A stretch of 64,000 nt of DNA. It comes from Lingula anatina (taxonomy: Eukaryota; Animalia; Brachiopoda). The stretch covers positions 29,884,001 to 29,948,000 of the forward strand of contig CM120642.1 of the NCBI GenBank assembly GCA_051362555.1, written 5' to 3'. Below are positions 53,301 to 64,000 of the stretch, piece by piece. How positions within the stretch are numbered: the stretch's first letter is position 1; every line of letters starts with the position of its first letter. The position numbers and the translations under genes were made by a program. The notes beneath the pieces are model-generated. The model was not told the origin of the DNA, ran no database searches, and worked only from the letters and a program-made list of their open reading frames with translations.

Positions 53301-54426
53301 TAGTTTCTATAATCGTGTTCAGTAGGTAATACTACCGTTCCGGGTAATGAATCGGCATTTTTTTAATGGCAGCGACTCGAATGCAATGAAAACATTGGAA
53401 TCAAATTTTTAATATCAAAGCATTTCGTATCACATTACAGTGTAGGTTGTAGGCACATATGCGTTTCTCAGGTAATTAAAGTTATCATCTTGGTGGGTTT
53501 TAAGGGGTTTTGTTGTGTAAGGCTGCGTTCACAACCAGTTGATCCGCGTTACTTGACACGATGGAGATAGGCTACAGTGAAAAGGTTAGTGTCAAGTTAG
53601 CTCTGAAGCTCAGGGTGATGAACTTTGGTTGTAAATAACAAAAACACAGAAACGAATTTACACACTGCGCTCCTCCTCCTCCAGAACTATACTATTGTTG
53701 TTTTTTTTTTTTACATATTTCACATGTCATCTCTCACCCGAATATTATATAAGTGTCTGTTGTAAATGATTGATCAGTTATATACAACCTTCCTCTACAA
53801 TAGTATAGTTCTGGAGCTCTATATAATCCTCAAAGATGGAATTACGGTTTTTACTACAGACTGCTGTTCATAAATAATTGACCAGATTCGCTCGATTTAT
53901 TCATTTGATAAAAGCACAGCATAACTTTCAATGGGATGGCATACATTTCTTTATTCTTGAAGCAATATTGATATGTGAATACAGGACGAATAAATCACAG
54001 TTTTTGACGAAAGCAAAGACCTCCCCCTCCCCTCCACCTTTACATAAGTGCATGTGTATTACAGCGTAGATAATCTATATGATCCAAGGAATCCGCCCAA
54101 TACCGTAGAATTATGTTGGGTTAGGGGTTTAATGTTAGGGATAACTGTCAATTACTTTTAACTGAAAAAGTTTACAAAGTCATCTGAATTCAGAAATCGA
54201 TCTTTTACAGACCCTCTCCAAACTTAAAAGTGCTATGAGTCGTGCATAAAAAAGAAAAAGAAAGAACGAATTCACACACTGGTAAATTTAAATTAATGAT
54301 AAAATTAATGATTTTTTTAATCTAAAAAAGACATAATAGTAAATATTTCAGCCGTTTGCAGCTAAGATCACCTCATTTACCCAACTCTTAGACAAAAAAA
54401 GGAAAAAGAAAGAAAAAAATCCATAG

Positions 54427-57205
54427 TCAATTTGTATACGCAGAGTCCAAACTAGTCAGCATAGGCTGCTTCAAGGTAGTATAATTATCTTCTTCCTCTA
54501 TAAGCTCCCCTTTGTCTGTCGGATCTGGTCTGCGCTTGCGGACCACGAAATGTTCCAACGGCCACACTATGGCCAGCACCACCAGCGCAGAGACAGCAGA
54601 TCCACGAAACGTGACAACACCGCCAAATTTGTTGTAAATCTGTCCAGCTACAAGGGATCCGATCCCAAGCCCTAAAAAGATATCAATCATTTCACTTCTG
54701 TATATTGCTTTACATTTTATCAAAAAAATGGAGTATAGATGAGGCAGCGCCAGAATGATGTGTCTCGGGGAAAACAGTGAATATTTAAATTTGTAGAATG
54801 CCAAAACTGGTACTACGTCATGTTTGACACAAATGCTCATTTCGACCCAAGACCCAGCGTGATATACAAAATATAATATTCAATAACCGCTGTTCTGTGT
54901 AGTATGCTAGCACGTTCTCCACAACAGCATTAAGGTTTTGAAGTTGGGAAATGAAAAACGGACGCTTGTTGCGAACATAGGCTCTCTGATTGCCTATAAT
55001 CTTAACAAAAAATTTAAAAAGTATTCAGCAGCATACTTTTTTTTACAAAAGTTATATTTTAAATAATTAGTGTTTAATAATGGTTTGTGTTAATATGCTA
55101 TTTTAATCTAAATAGGACTCATTCTCAATGAAACCAGATCTACGTAGACCGATAGGCCTACAACTGCGTGGGGACTCTCGCTGAAAGCAATCAGATTAAC
55201 ATGCATCCTCCTGGCGTAAAGTGAAATACAGAAGAGCTGGTGATTATGCAACTACGTTGGATACAATAAGCGTACTTAGATGTTAATCTGATTGCATTCA
55301 GCGAGAGTCCCCACGGGGTTAATCAATCTACGTAGAACGATAATTTCATTGGGAATGAGCCTATACTCATAGCCTTGTCAAAACACCTCCTCACTTTGCG
55401 TTACTGTGACACAAGCATCAGATTTGGTTATTCCTAAACCTGAGACACTTACCCAGTCCCCAGTGTATTCCTCCCACCAGGCCCTGTAAAGTGGCCGCCA
55501 TCCCGGGCGGGGCTATAACGCCCGTATACTCCGTCACTGCCGCCATCATGAGGCCGAACGTGATACCGTTAATAGGCTCTATCAACAGGACATGCCACGG
55601 GTTGACCAGAAGTGAATAGGAAGCAAAGCGAACCGAAAAGAAAAACAGAGTCAAGTAAAAGACCGGCCTGTGCCCAGTTTTGGAAAGTATCCAGCCTGAA
55701 ATGCAGAACACTATCGTCTCTGCTCCTGCTGCGACTACGGTGGCCAGACCCATAAGGCTTTTAGGAGCGCATAGTTCTTCAAGATACCAATTTAGGAATG
55801 TTGCCAGTACCCCAGCGTACATGCCGAAAATTAACATTATTATTAGGAATATGGTGATCTCTAAATCCTTCAAGAGATCTGACAGGTTTTTCAGTAGCTG
55901 GGCGCAGTGTATGTCTTTGTCCATGTTAACGAAGAAGGCAGATACCGCAGCTAGGAGTGAAAATGTCACGTAGAGCAGGAACGCAGGAAGAAAATTTGAC
56001 TCCGATTTCGGTCCGCCCACCATGTCCATGAGTTCCCCGGAGAAGTACGCAAAAAGTGCCCACCCAACGGTGCCGAATACTCTCGTTCGACCCCATTTGG
56101 TAATATCTTCATCTGTTAACGCAACCAATGTTACTGCGTCTATAATTCTAAAACACGGAACGTGAAATAGCAGGTAAAGTAAATAAAGGAGGAAGAACAG
56201 GCAAAATATTGAAAAGTGGTCCGTCGCTAAGTCATAGATTTTATTGTCTTTGGCTGAGGGCTGTTCGCAGATCAGATCACACTTTAAATTGAGTGATGAA
56301 TTGGCTTTGACTGAATCAAAGCGAGAACCAAACACGTGGAATGATGTCACCGAATACCGGGGACAACCCATATCAGCAGTCTGCACCAACGATATATTTT
56401 CCACGACAAGATTGGTCTTGTATTCGAATTCTTGGCAATATATATAGCGTTCTCTTTTGATTGTTTTACAGAGTTGTATGGGATGTATTGAATAATAAAG
56501 ATCATTGCCATTTGTTGTGTCAACGCTAGTTCTAGTGCATAACAGCCTGCAGTTCTCTGTGACACGGAGTGAATTTTCCTCCTGATTTGAGTGGTCACAC
56601 TGGATTTTATTCTCCAAATTTTGTCCAATAAATTGGCATTTACTGACGGTGAGCATCCTTTCATTTGCTTGCATAAATACCTGAACGGATCCTTCGGTGT
56701 TTTGTACTCTTGGAAGAAAGTAACTAGCTGACAGAAGTAGTGGACTCACAGTTGTACACAGAATCAACACTGCCTTGTGTTTGTGATATTTATCGGCCAG
56801 CATACACCATATTGGAGTCACGAAGAAACATATAAAAGGCATAACTCCTATGATTATTGCGGATTCCGAAGCTGTGAGGCCAATGTACTTCATGTATATG
56901 GGTATATACGGTATTAATGACGACATGCCTGAAATAAATTTTATACATTTTAGAATGCAAAGGAATGAACCATTTTGATTCGTTACACTTATAAATGTGG
57001 ATCATACCCTAAATACACAGTTAGTGGACTTGAATCTGACAAAAGAGAATTATTAACGGGAATTTCAAAGACTAGGTGTCTAAGAGATTTATGTTGACAG
57101 AAAAAAATTCAAAAGACAAAATTGAACAATCGTACCTGCGCAATTCAGGAAGTAGTACGCTTTGTAGGGCAAAAGCTTTTTGTTGATGACGATGGGACAC
57201 TTCAT
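54427..57205 (-). CDS. Major facilitator superfamily domain-containing protein 6-like transporter, 596 aa
   Basis: Exons 57205-57136 (MKCPIVINKKLLPYKAYYFL), 56928-55453, 54671-54427. Motifs LADKYHKHK, a Cys-rich luminal loop, WGRTRVFGTVGW, FLNWYLEEL, ATLQGLVGGIHWGLGLGIGSLVAG. Confidence 0.9.
55113..55363. mobile_element. Palindromic MITE with TA ends (Tc1/mariner-type)
   Basis: TAGGACTCATTCTCAATGAAA ... TTTCATTGGGAATGAGCCTA, plus inner inverted repeat GTGGGACTCTCGCTGAAAGCAATCAGATTAACAT / ATGTTAATCTGATTGCATTCAGCGAGAGTCCCCAC. Confidence 0.75.
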
Positions 57206-58832
57206 AATTGACGTAACCTACTGGTCTGCGCTTCTAGATCTAAAAAAAAAACATAAACACATAAATACATGCTATCTTTGACTTTGTGTTTTATATATTT
57301 TTCATGTAGGCTATTGCAAAACTATACATAGATGGCAAATTATCAGCATTATCAGTAATCGTAGTGTATTTATTTTAGAAAGGTGATATTTGGCAGACGA
57401 ACACAAATCTTTTTGGTTGAAAGTCTAATTCAATTCGTTTTATTTGTCCAAGTAAAATTCAAGCATTTTGCTTAAAAAGCACATACACATGATAATATAA
57501 TAAACATTATAATCCGATGAAACATTGATCAAGCACTGTCTTGTCTTTATAACGAATATTTTGTTTATTTAACATTTTTTAATTTTCGAATGGCTTCTTG
57601 ATATCTACTTAATATCATGCTTTTAACACTTCAAATATAGGAATGATACAAGTTTAATTTTAAAGCATTATGATCTCCACATTGTTAATTTACACTTCTC
57701 TTTTGTAACCAATGATTTTCATATTACTATGTGATTTTTTAAACATTCATTCAATCTTCATTCTATTCATCCGTCGTTTCATTCATCCTTTCATGCATAC
57801 ATTTATGCTTTCATTAATGTGTCCAGTTTTTTAGGCCCTCTTTGTTTTGCTTGTCACGTAGACCCTCATCTGCCATTATTTTTTGTCTCCTGTTTCTAAA
57901 CTTACATACAAAAATTCAGCATTTCAACGTTTTATGCTCATTTTTTTGTATTTTTGCTATTGTATTTCAAAACTACCAGAGGCAAGCTCGTTTTTATCGA
58001 CAACACACGCAATTACATTTAAGCATTATTTTTAGTGCTGCAAAGTTTGAATGCCACCAAGAAAATAATTTAAATTTAACATTAATATGTGACGTTTATT
58101 TTTTAAATACCGATTTACAACGCCTCCGACGTCCTTTACAAATGTTTTAAACAAGCATTAATCATTTTTATGCTCAAAAGAAATATTTTCGCCAAGATAT
58201 CACATGAAACAGTATCTTGGCAACCATAATACAAGTGTTTATTGTTCTTATGCAGCACTAGCATGGAACATATAACTGCAGTCCAGTCATTAAAGCATAT
58301 ATGTATCAAACATTGAGCACTCACGTTGTTTACTTTTCTCATAATAGAGATACATTAAGAATGAAAAAGAAAAAACTATGCAGAACTTACGGCTGTTTAT
58401 TTTAATGTTCTTTATCATTAGCGACCCCTCATTTATTTCAGTTTCCCTGTTTTTTTCCCATTATCTACTCTCACTCTGCAGATACGTCAATCTAAATTTA
58501 GTGCCCCTCTCATTAATATGCATTACATTCAGGTACTAGTGCTGGCGTAGTCACGGTGATGTATATTGTTATAATAATAATCAGATTATGCAACTTATTC
58601 ATTGTCTGTTCTCACCTTACAGACATCAACAGACTGGGTAACAGGAAATATTATTTATTTCTTTTATGTTGACAAGATGCGTGCAAAAATCATTCCAAAT
58701 TTATATATTTATGATTTATATTCCAAATATATAAGTACCTCGTTTTCTAAGCTGTCGAATTTAAATCATTTTTTATACTCTGGGAATCATAAGACAGGTA
58801 AAATGCACCCAAAGAAACCCCCTTCTTTTCTC

Positions 58833-58837
<5 letters not shown>

Positions 58838-58872
<35 letters not shown>

Positions 58873-58884
58873 ACACACACACAC
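58838..58884. repeat. (CA)n microsatellite
   Basis: About 23 CA units with one interruption. Confidence 0.9.
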
Positions 58885-61809
58885 TTGCACGCACCCGAGC
58901 AAGAGTTGTCTTCAAAATGTCAAAATTACTTATAATTACTGTAATTTTTCCAAATGTGTAACATACGAAATGCTCCTAAAATATTTATCATTTAAGAATA
59001 AACTAGTATATTTTGTAGTAGGTCTGCGTTTTATACAGATCTAGGGTGCAGGATGCCTGGAGTTGATTCTTTTTAGATAAATTTAACATAGCCAAACCAA
59101 TCAATACAAGTGATTAACGTTAATATATACTCAGGTGTTCCAGCCATTAACTAAGAAATCTGCGGGTACGCTGCGTTGAGATTTGGCTTTTAGCATTAAT
59201 TGATATGCATTCAATAAATAAATGAATCTCTCCTAATGGCTTTGTTGTCTTTCCCTGATCCAAGGGCTATTCTATATCAATATCAAAGTCTAACATCATA
59301 TAATGACAAGCATTCATCTTTATCTGTTTATGTCTTCTAACTGATTTAATAAAACTCACTGAGACAAGACGTGTCAATTCTTTTTTTACTACGTAAACAT
59401 TTATCCACTTCCCGTAAATCAAAGGAAAAAAAATAAGCATGAACAGTTAACATATTTTTTGTCATTGGGTGTCATATTACGTCCTACACTACATATATTG
59501 ATGCATGGTGTTCAGGTAGTCAGACAAACCATACACTATAGCTATATAATCTATGTACATGCAACTACCTGTACTGTGTTCACCAAGGATGTATATGAAA
59601 CATGCACCTCTTTATGCACAGAGAGACTGACTTTTCGTTGTTAATTTGATTGATTTAATACTATGTCTACCTTTAGTCGATTGTGTGTCATCTTATCTTC
59701 GATAGGTTAAGGTGAGCCCTGTAGTAATATAGCTCCTAGGTCAGTGTGCAGCACGACATCATACAAGTGCCGAGTCGTGCATTAAACTGGACTAAACTGC
59801 GGGTTTTAACTGTATAACTATTATCTAATTCGGTGGTGAGTGCCATTAAAACTAAATATACTGTTGCGCCACGTAGTATGCACATCGTATTACCTTTCTG
59901 CGTTATTTCCACCACTATTCTAGCCCCTTATGTGTCAGGTGGCCGCGCAGAGATCATTTTAGGTCTAGACTAGCAAAACACATTACGTGTACGAAGTTAC
60001 CTGATAAAATCCCAGTATCCCCAGTTTGACACACCTGCGTCTGATGTCCTCGTGACGTTTCGTATACCTGTACAAGGCTAAGTGGGGAACGGGTGTGTGG
60101 GCATGGTGGCTAAACTCAAATAACTTATGCATGTATTTTTTGACATGCCCTACTTTGACATGCCTCAGAGCAAGCTTTCAGCTCTTCTATTTACAATACT
60201 AACCCTGAAGTTGACAATAGAGAGGACTGCGTTATTGACCTCAATAACTACAAGAGCCTATGCATGCATGCAAAAAAAAAAAACGAATAATTTGTAATCA
60301 ATATTTGAGGAACTACTATCGTAATACAATTTTATGCACACGATAAAATTTTTCAATAGTCAAGTGTATATGAATAATTATATGACTATCACCCTATTAA
60401 TGGTTGCCTGTATCAAAACCTGTTACGCACGCAGTTGCATTATTCACATTAATGGTCGGTCTCTGTATCTGGTGTCGCCTGCTTAATTTAAACATCAGGA
60501 GAGAAATGCTGCAGGCAAAGACTCGTCCTTTATCCGTATCGTTATCTTTTTTCCAATGTAATACTACACTTTCTGTTGACATGGTTTTTTAATGACCACG
60601 TCGCATGGGTGCATGAGTGGAAAATTGAAGTCATCTTTATATTATTTTCACATTTCTGACCTTCTATAAATTACCTGTAATTTCAAAAGTATTGTGCTTT
60701 ATATATATCTTTTGTAGGCAAGTACTGACCGTGACATATGCCGAGGCTCGGACCACCATTTGTTTCTTGAACTAAATTCCCTGTCGTTCTGAATGCCGTG
60801 TGCAGGCACTGCTTTCCACTATCACACGAAATATGCTAAGTAACATTAAGCCGGTGTTTAATTTTTTTCTACGGGTACGTTGTATATCCCTTATATGACT
60901 TTATGTTGCTTGTTATATTTCTTTTTAATTTTACTTACTATATATGTGGAAGTGGACAGTAGCGTCTGCACACTGAAGGGTCGGATTCTTAATTTATTAA
61001 ACATTTTAAACTGTGATATCAAGGGTTGACTGGTAATGATTGCGATTGCTGCGCTCTGGTTGAGAAATAATGCATTCGGAAAAAATCACTGCTATAGTAT
61101 TGCGTGGCTTAGATGTTGTCTGGTAGATTGTCATCATCATAATGATATTAAAAACATTTATTATTTGCAACCAGATGTTGGATAAATTACGTCTATAATA
61201 CTAAAAATGGCGAGTCTAAGAAATTCGATATTTTAATATAATAATATTTTAAAAAAGAACTTTAAGACATTTTGAAAGTTGGTTATATTTGGTCAAAATT
61301 ATGAGATGTAGATGCCCCACGAGCCATACACGATATTAAGATCAAATGGTCGGAAGTGCATAATGGGCGGCGGGAAGGGGGGGGGGGTACAATTTGTTGC
61401 AAGATCGCATAAATATGGTGGGGCCATGTTGTAAAAAGCAGTAAACTAAAAGTTTTTAAAGAATCCGTGTTCTTTATTCTTATAGGTAGCCAGTAATTTT
61501 GTTTGAGAATAGGGGTATTGTGACTGTCACCAGGTTCGCCTAAGAACTCGTAGAGAGATATTTTGAATGTGTTGATAAATCGCGAATTTGTTTCCTTGTA
61601 ACATACATTTTTATCTGAGACTTAAATTGGGTTATGCATGACTGAACTTATCTCAGAAGGAAATATTTCTGCCGTTTTCCCATAGGAGTGGAAGCTGATT
61701 AACCCATTTGACTCAGTTTTTATAACTCAGCATAGACTATATAAGAAGCCTTTTGGGTCGCTTATTCCATTCAGTCAGTTTTTTGGTCTGTTGATTACAT
61801 ATATCATTC

Positions 61810-62867
61810 ATGGCGGTTGAAGGACCCATGCAGTGCGTCTTGCTCAGCATCCTCCTAGCGGTAACAAGCGGAAGTGCATCGCCAAGTAAACGTTTTATTA
61901 ACGTTATTACAATTTATTCTAATGAGTAAAGTCATTTTTAAATTAACTTCTATGAATTTCGTTAATGAACCTATTAACTACATTTGTTTAATGGCTATCA
62001 TTTAATCAGAGAACAGTTGAAAAACACCAGCAGTAGGCTAAAGTATCGCTCAAAGGATTTTTTTTCGTCAACATAAGTTCTTCGAGGAAACCTGGCTCTG
62101 CGTCAGATACCACCAACGTGGCCGCTGTGCCCCAATGGTTTCACCATATTGGGAGGGAAATGTTACTACTTTGACATCATCCACCTCTCAACGTGGATTG
62201 AGAGTAACCATTTTTGTGAAGCCTTCGGCGCTAAATTGGTCAGTGTTGAGACGAAAGAAGAGCATATGGCAATAAGAGGACAACTGCTGAGATATAAAGG
62301 TCAGATTTTTTCTATTCCTTACTAAATTGCCTGTAGGACGCCCTATAGGTCTTTAAGACCTATAGGTTTCCGATCTGAAACATTTGGGCCATTTCCGTTA
62401 GGGTTGACCCATAGACATAACAGACATAGGTATATTTGTAAAACTAATGTGAATCTGAAGAAAAAGATTATATGTGTGAAGCTCTAAATCTCTAAATGTT
62501 ATAAAAGTCGAGGACAGCACTGGGTTTAATATACATATACTGATAACATTAGGTGTACTGTAATACTGTATATACTGTAATAAACAAACCATATTTATTT
62601 TTAGATTCATATAAGTCTCTGGGATTCTGGACGAGTGGACATGACATCCTTCAGTCAGGACACTGGGTATGGGCTTCCACCTATTCCCCTATCGGTTCAT
62701 TCACAGCCTGGGGGCCAGGCGAACCAAACCACCCAGACACAGAGCATTGCCTTCAATACTACAAAGCGACCAGCTACACATACGAATGGAATGACCGCGG
62801 GTGTAATGCAAAAGAACATTTTATTTGCGAAAAGGAGATCACAATGCCGATTTCATTTGGTTTATGA
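61810..62867 (+). CDS. Secreted C-type lectin (perlucin-like, EPN/WND type), ~186 aa
   Basis: Exons 61810-61885 (signal-peptide-like MAVEGPMQCVLLSILLAVTSGSASP), 62078-62299 (CPNGF..GKCYYF..W..S..FC..LVSVETKEE), 62605-62867 (FWTSG..W.PGEPN..EHCL..WNDRGC..FICEK). TATATAA at 61738. Confidence 0.9.
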
Positions 62868-63982
62868 AATGTACGCGACAAACTGTTGTGAACTATGCGG
62901 CTAACTATGAATGTGCTTTGGTAGATTTATTATAGCCTGGTGGAGTTGAAGAATTAAACGATTTGCAGACTGTGATTGACTTGTTTGAAATGTATGATGC
63001 ATCTAATTAGCTTATGTTATACCTCTCAGTCCGTCAGAATGTTTGTATGTTTGATAACACTTATATGACTTTATGCTACTTGCTATATTTGTCTTAATTT
63101 TACTTGCTATATATGTGGAAGTTGACAGTAGCGTCTGCACACAGAAGGGTCGGATTCTTAATTTATAAAACATTTTAAACTGCGATATCAAGGGTTGACT
63201 GGTAATGATTGCGATTGCTGCGCTCCGGTTGAGAAATAATGCATTCGGAAAAAAAATCCCTGTTCTAGTATTGAGTGGCTTAGATGTTGCCTGGAAGATC
63301 ATCATCATAATGATATTAATAATAATATTTATTTGCAACCAGATGTTTGATGTTACTTTCGTAATACTAAAATGGCGATTCTAAGAAAGACATATTGGAA
63401 ATTATAACATTTAAGATTTTCAAGAACTGCATTAGAATTGTTAATTTTGGATGTATTTGGTCAAAAATATGAAATTATTGAAAAGTAATAGAGATGTTGA
63501 GACCACACTAGCCATACACGGTATTAAGATTAAAAGGTAGGAGGTGCGTGATTGGCGGGGTGAGCCGTTACAAGATTGCATAAATATGGTGGGGCCACGT
63601 TTTAAAAAGCAGCATGAGCACAAACTAAACGTTTTAAAAGAAGCCGTGCTTTTATGGGTAGCCAGTGAAGTTGTTTGAGAATAGGGGTCATGTGGCTTTC
63701 TCCAGAATTGCGGGTAAGAACTCGAGCAGACATATTTGGAATGTGTTGATAAATCGAGAATTTGTTTCCTTGTAACATACATTTTTATCTGAGAGTTAAA
63801 TTGGGTTATGCATGACTGAACTTATCTCAGAAGGGAAGATTTCTGCAGTTTTCCCATAGGAGTGGAAGCTGATTAACCTATTTGACCGAGTTTTTATAAC
63901 TCAGCATTGAGTATATAAGAAGCCTTTTGGGTCGCTTATTCCATTCTGTCAGTTTTTAGGCTGTTGATTACATATATCATTC

Positions 63983-64000
63983 ATGGCGGTTGAAGGACCT
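63983..64000 (+). CDS. Start of a second tandem C-type lectin copy (truncated by the window end)
   Basis: ATGGCGGTTGAAGGACCT (MAVEGP) at the position homologous to 61810, after the duplicated promoter. Confidence 0.7.

Larger units (their letters stand above)
60890..64000 (+). repeat. Tandem segmental duplication, period ~2.17 kb, of the C-type lectin unit
   Basis: 60890-61827 aligns by eye with 63060-64000 at high identity, including the TATA box (61738 and 63912) and start context TCATTCATGGCGGTTGAAGGACC. Confidence 0.9.

Noticed and set aside
55680-56664. ORFs overlapping the MFSD6-like exon
   Set aside because: Antisense or alternate-frame shadows of a long coding exon, with no independent motifs.
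63072-63168. Signal-peptide-like short ORF MLLAIFVLILLAIYVEVDSSVC
   Set aside because: The frame is broken in the paralogous copy at 60903, and there is no supporting downstream exon.

Overview
AT-rich, intron-rich animal genomic DNA, probably a marine invertebrate (lophotrochozoan-like; inferred from gene and repeat types). The ORF track is mostly uninformative because genes are spliced, so exons were assembled by hand from GT-AG junctions with phase checks. Gene order: a candidate first exon of an unidentified gene (-, ~3.5 kb); a 14-coding-exon, 865-aa gene (-, 5178-17440); PSMB7, head-to-head with it (+); a NEK6/7 kinase with two alternative duplicated first coding exons (+); an FKBP/TPR (FKBPL-like) gene (-), head-to-head with a 2OG-Fe(II) dioxygenase (+); a delta-9 stearoyl-CoA desaturase (-); an MFSD6-like transporter (-); and a tandemly duplicated C-type lectin (+). 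Introns hold two satellite-carrying Helentron-type non-autonomous elements, a decayed Sola2-like transposon and several MITEs. The standout is the 865-aa protein. It has Armadillo-like repeats interrupted by what reads as a circularly permuted extended Tudor domain with a degenerate aromatic cage, then an RG/RS-rich linker and a single C-terminal Schlafen (AlbA_2, SLFNL1-like) domain with an altered catalytic motif. I do not recognise this architecture; it is a candidate RNA-processing (piRNA/germ-granule or innate immunity) factor. All domain calls are by-eye motif recognition, not database searches.
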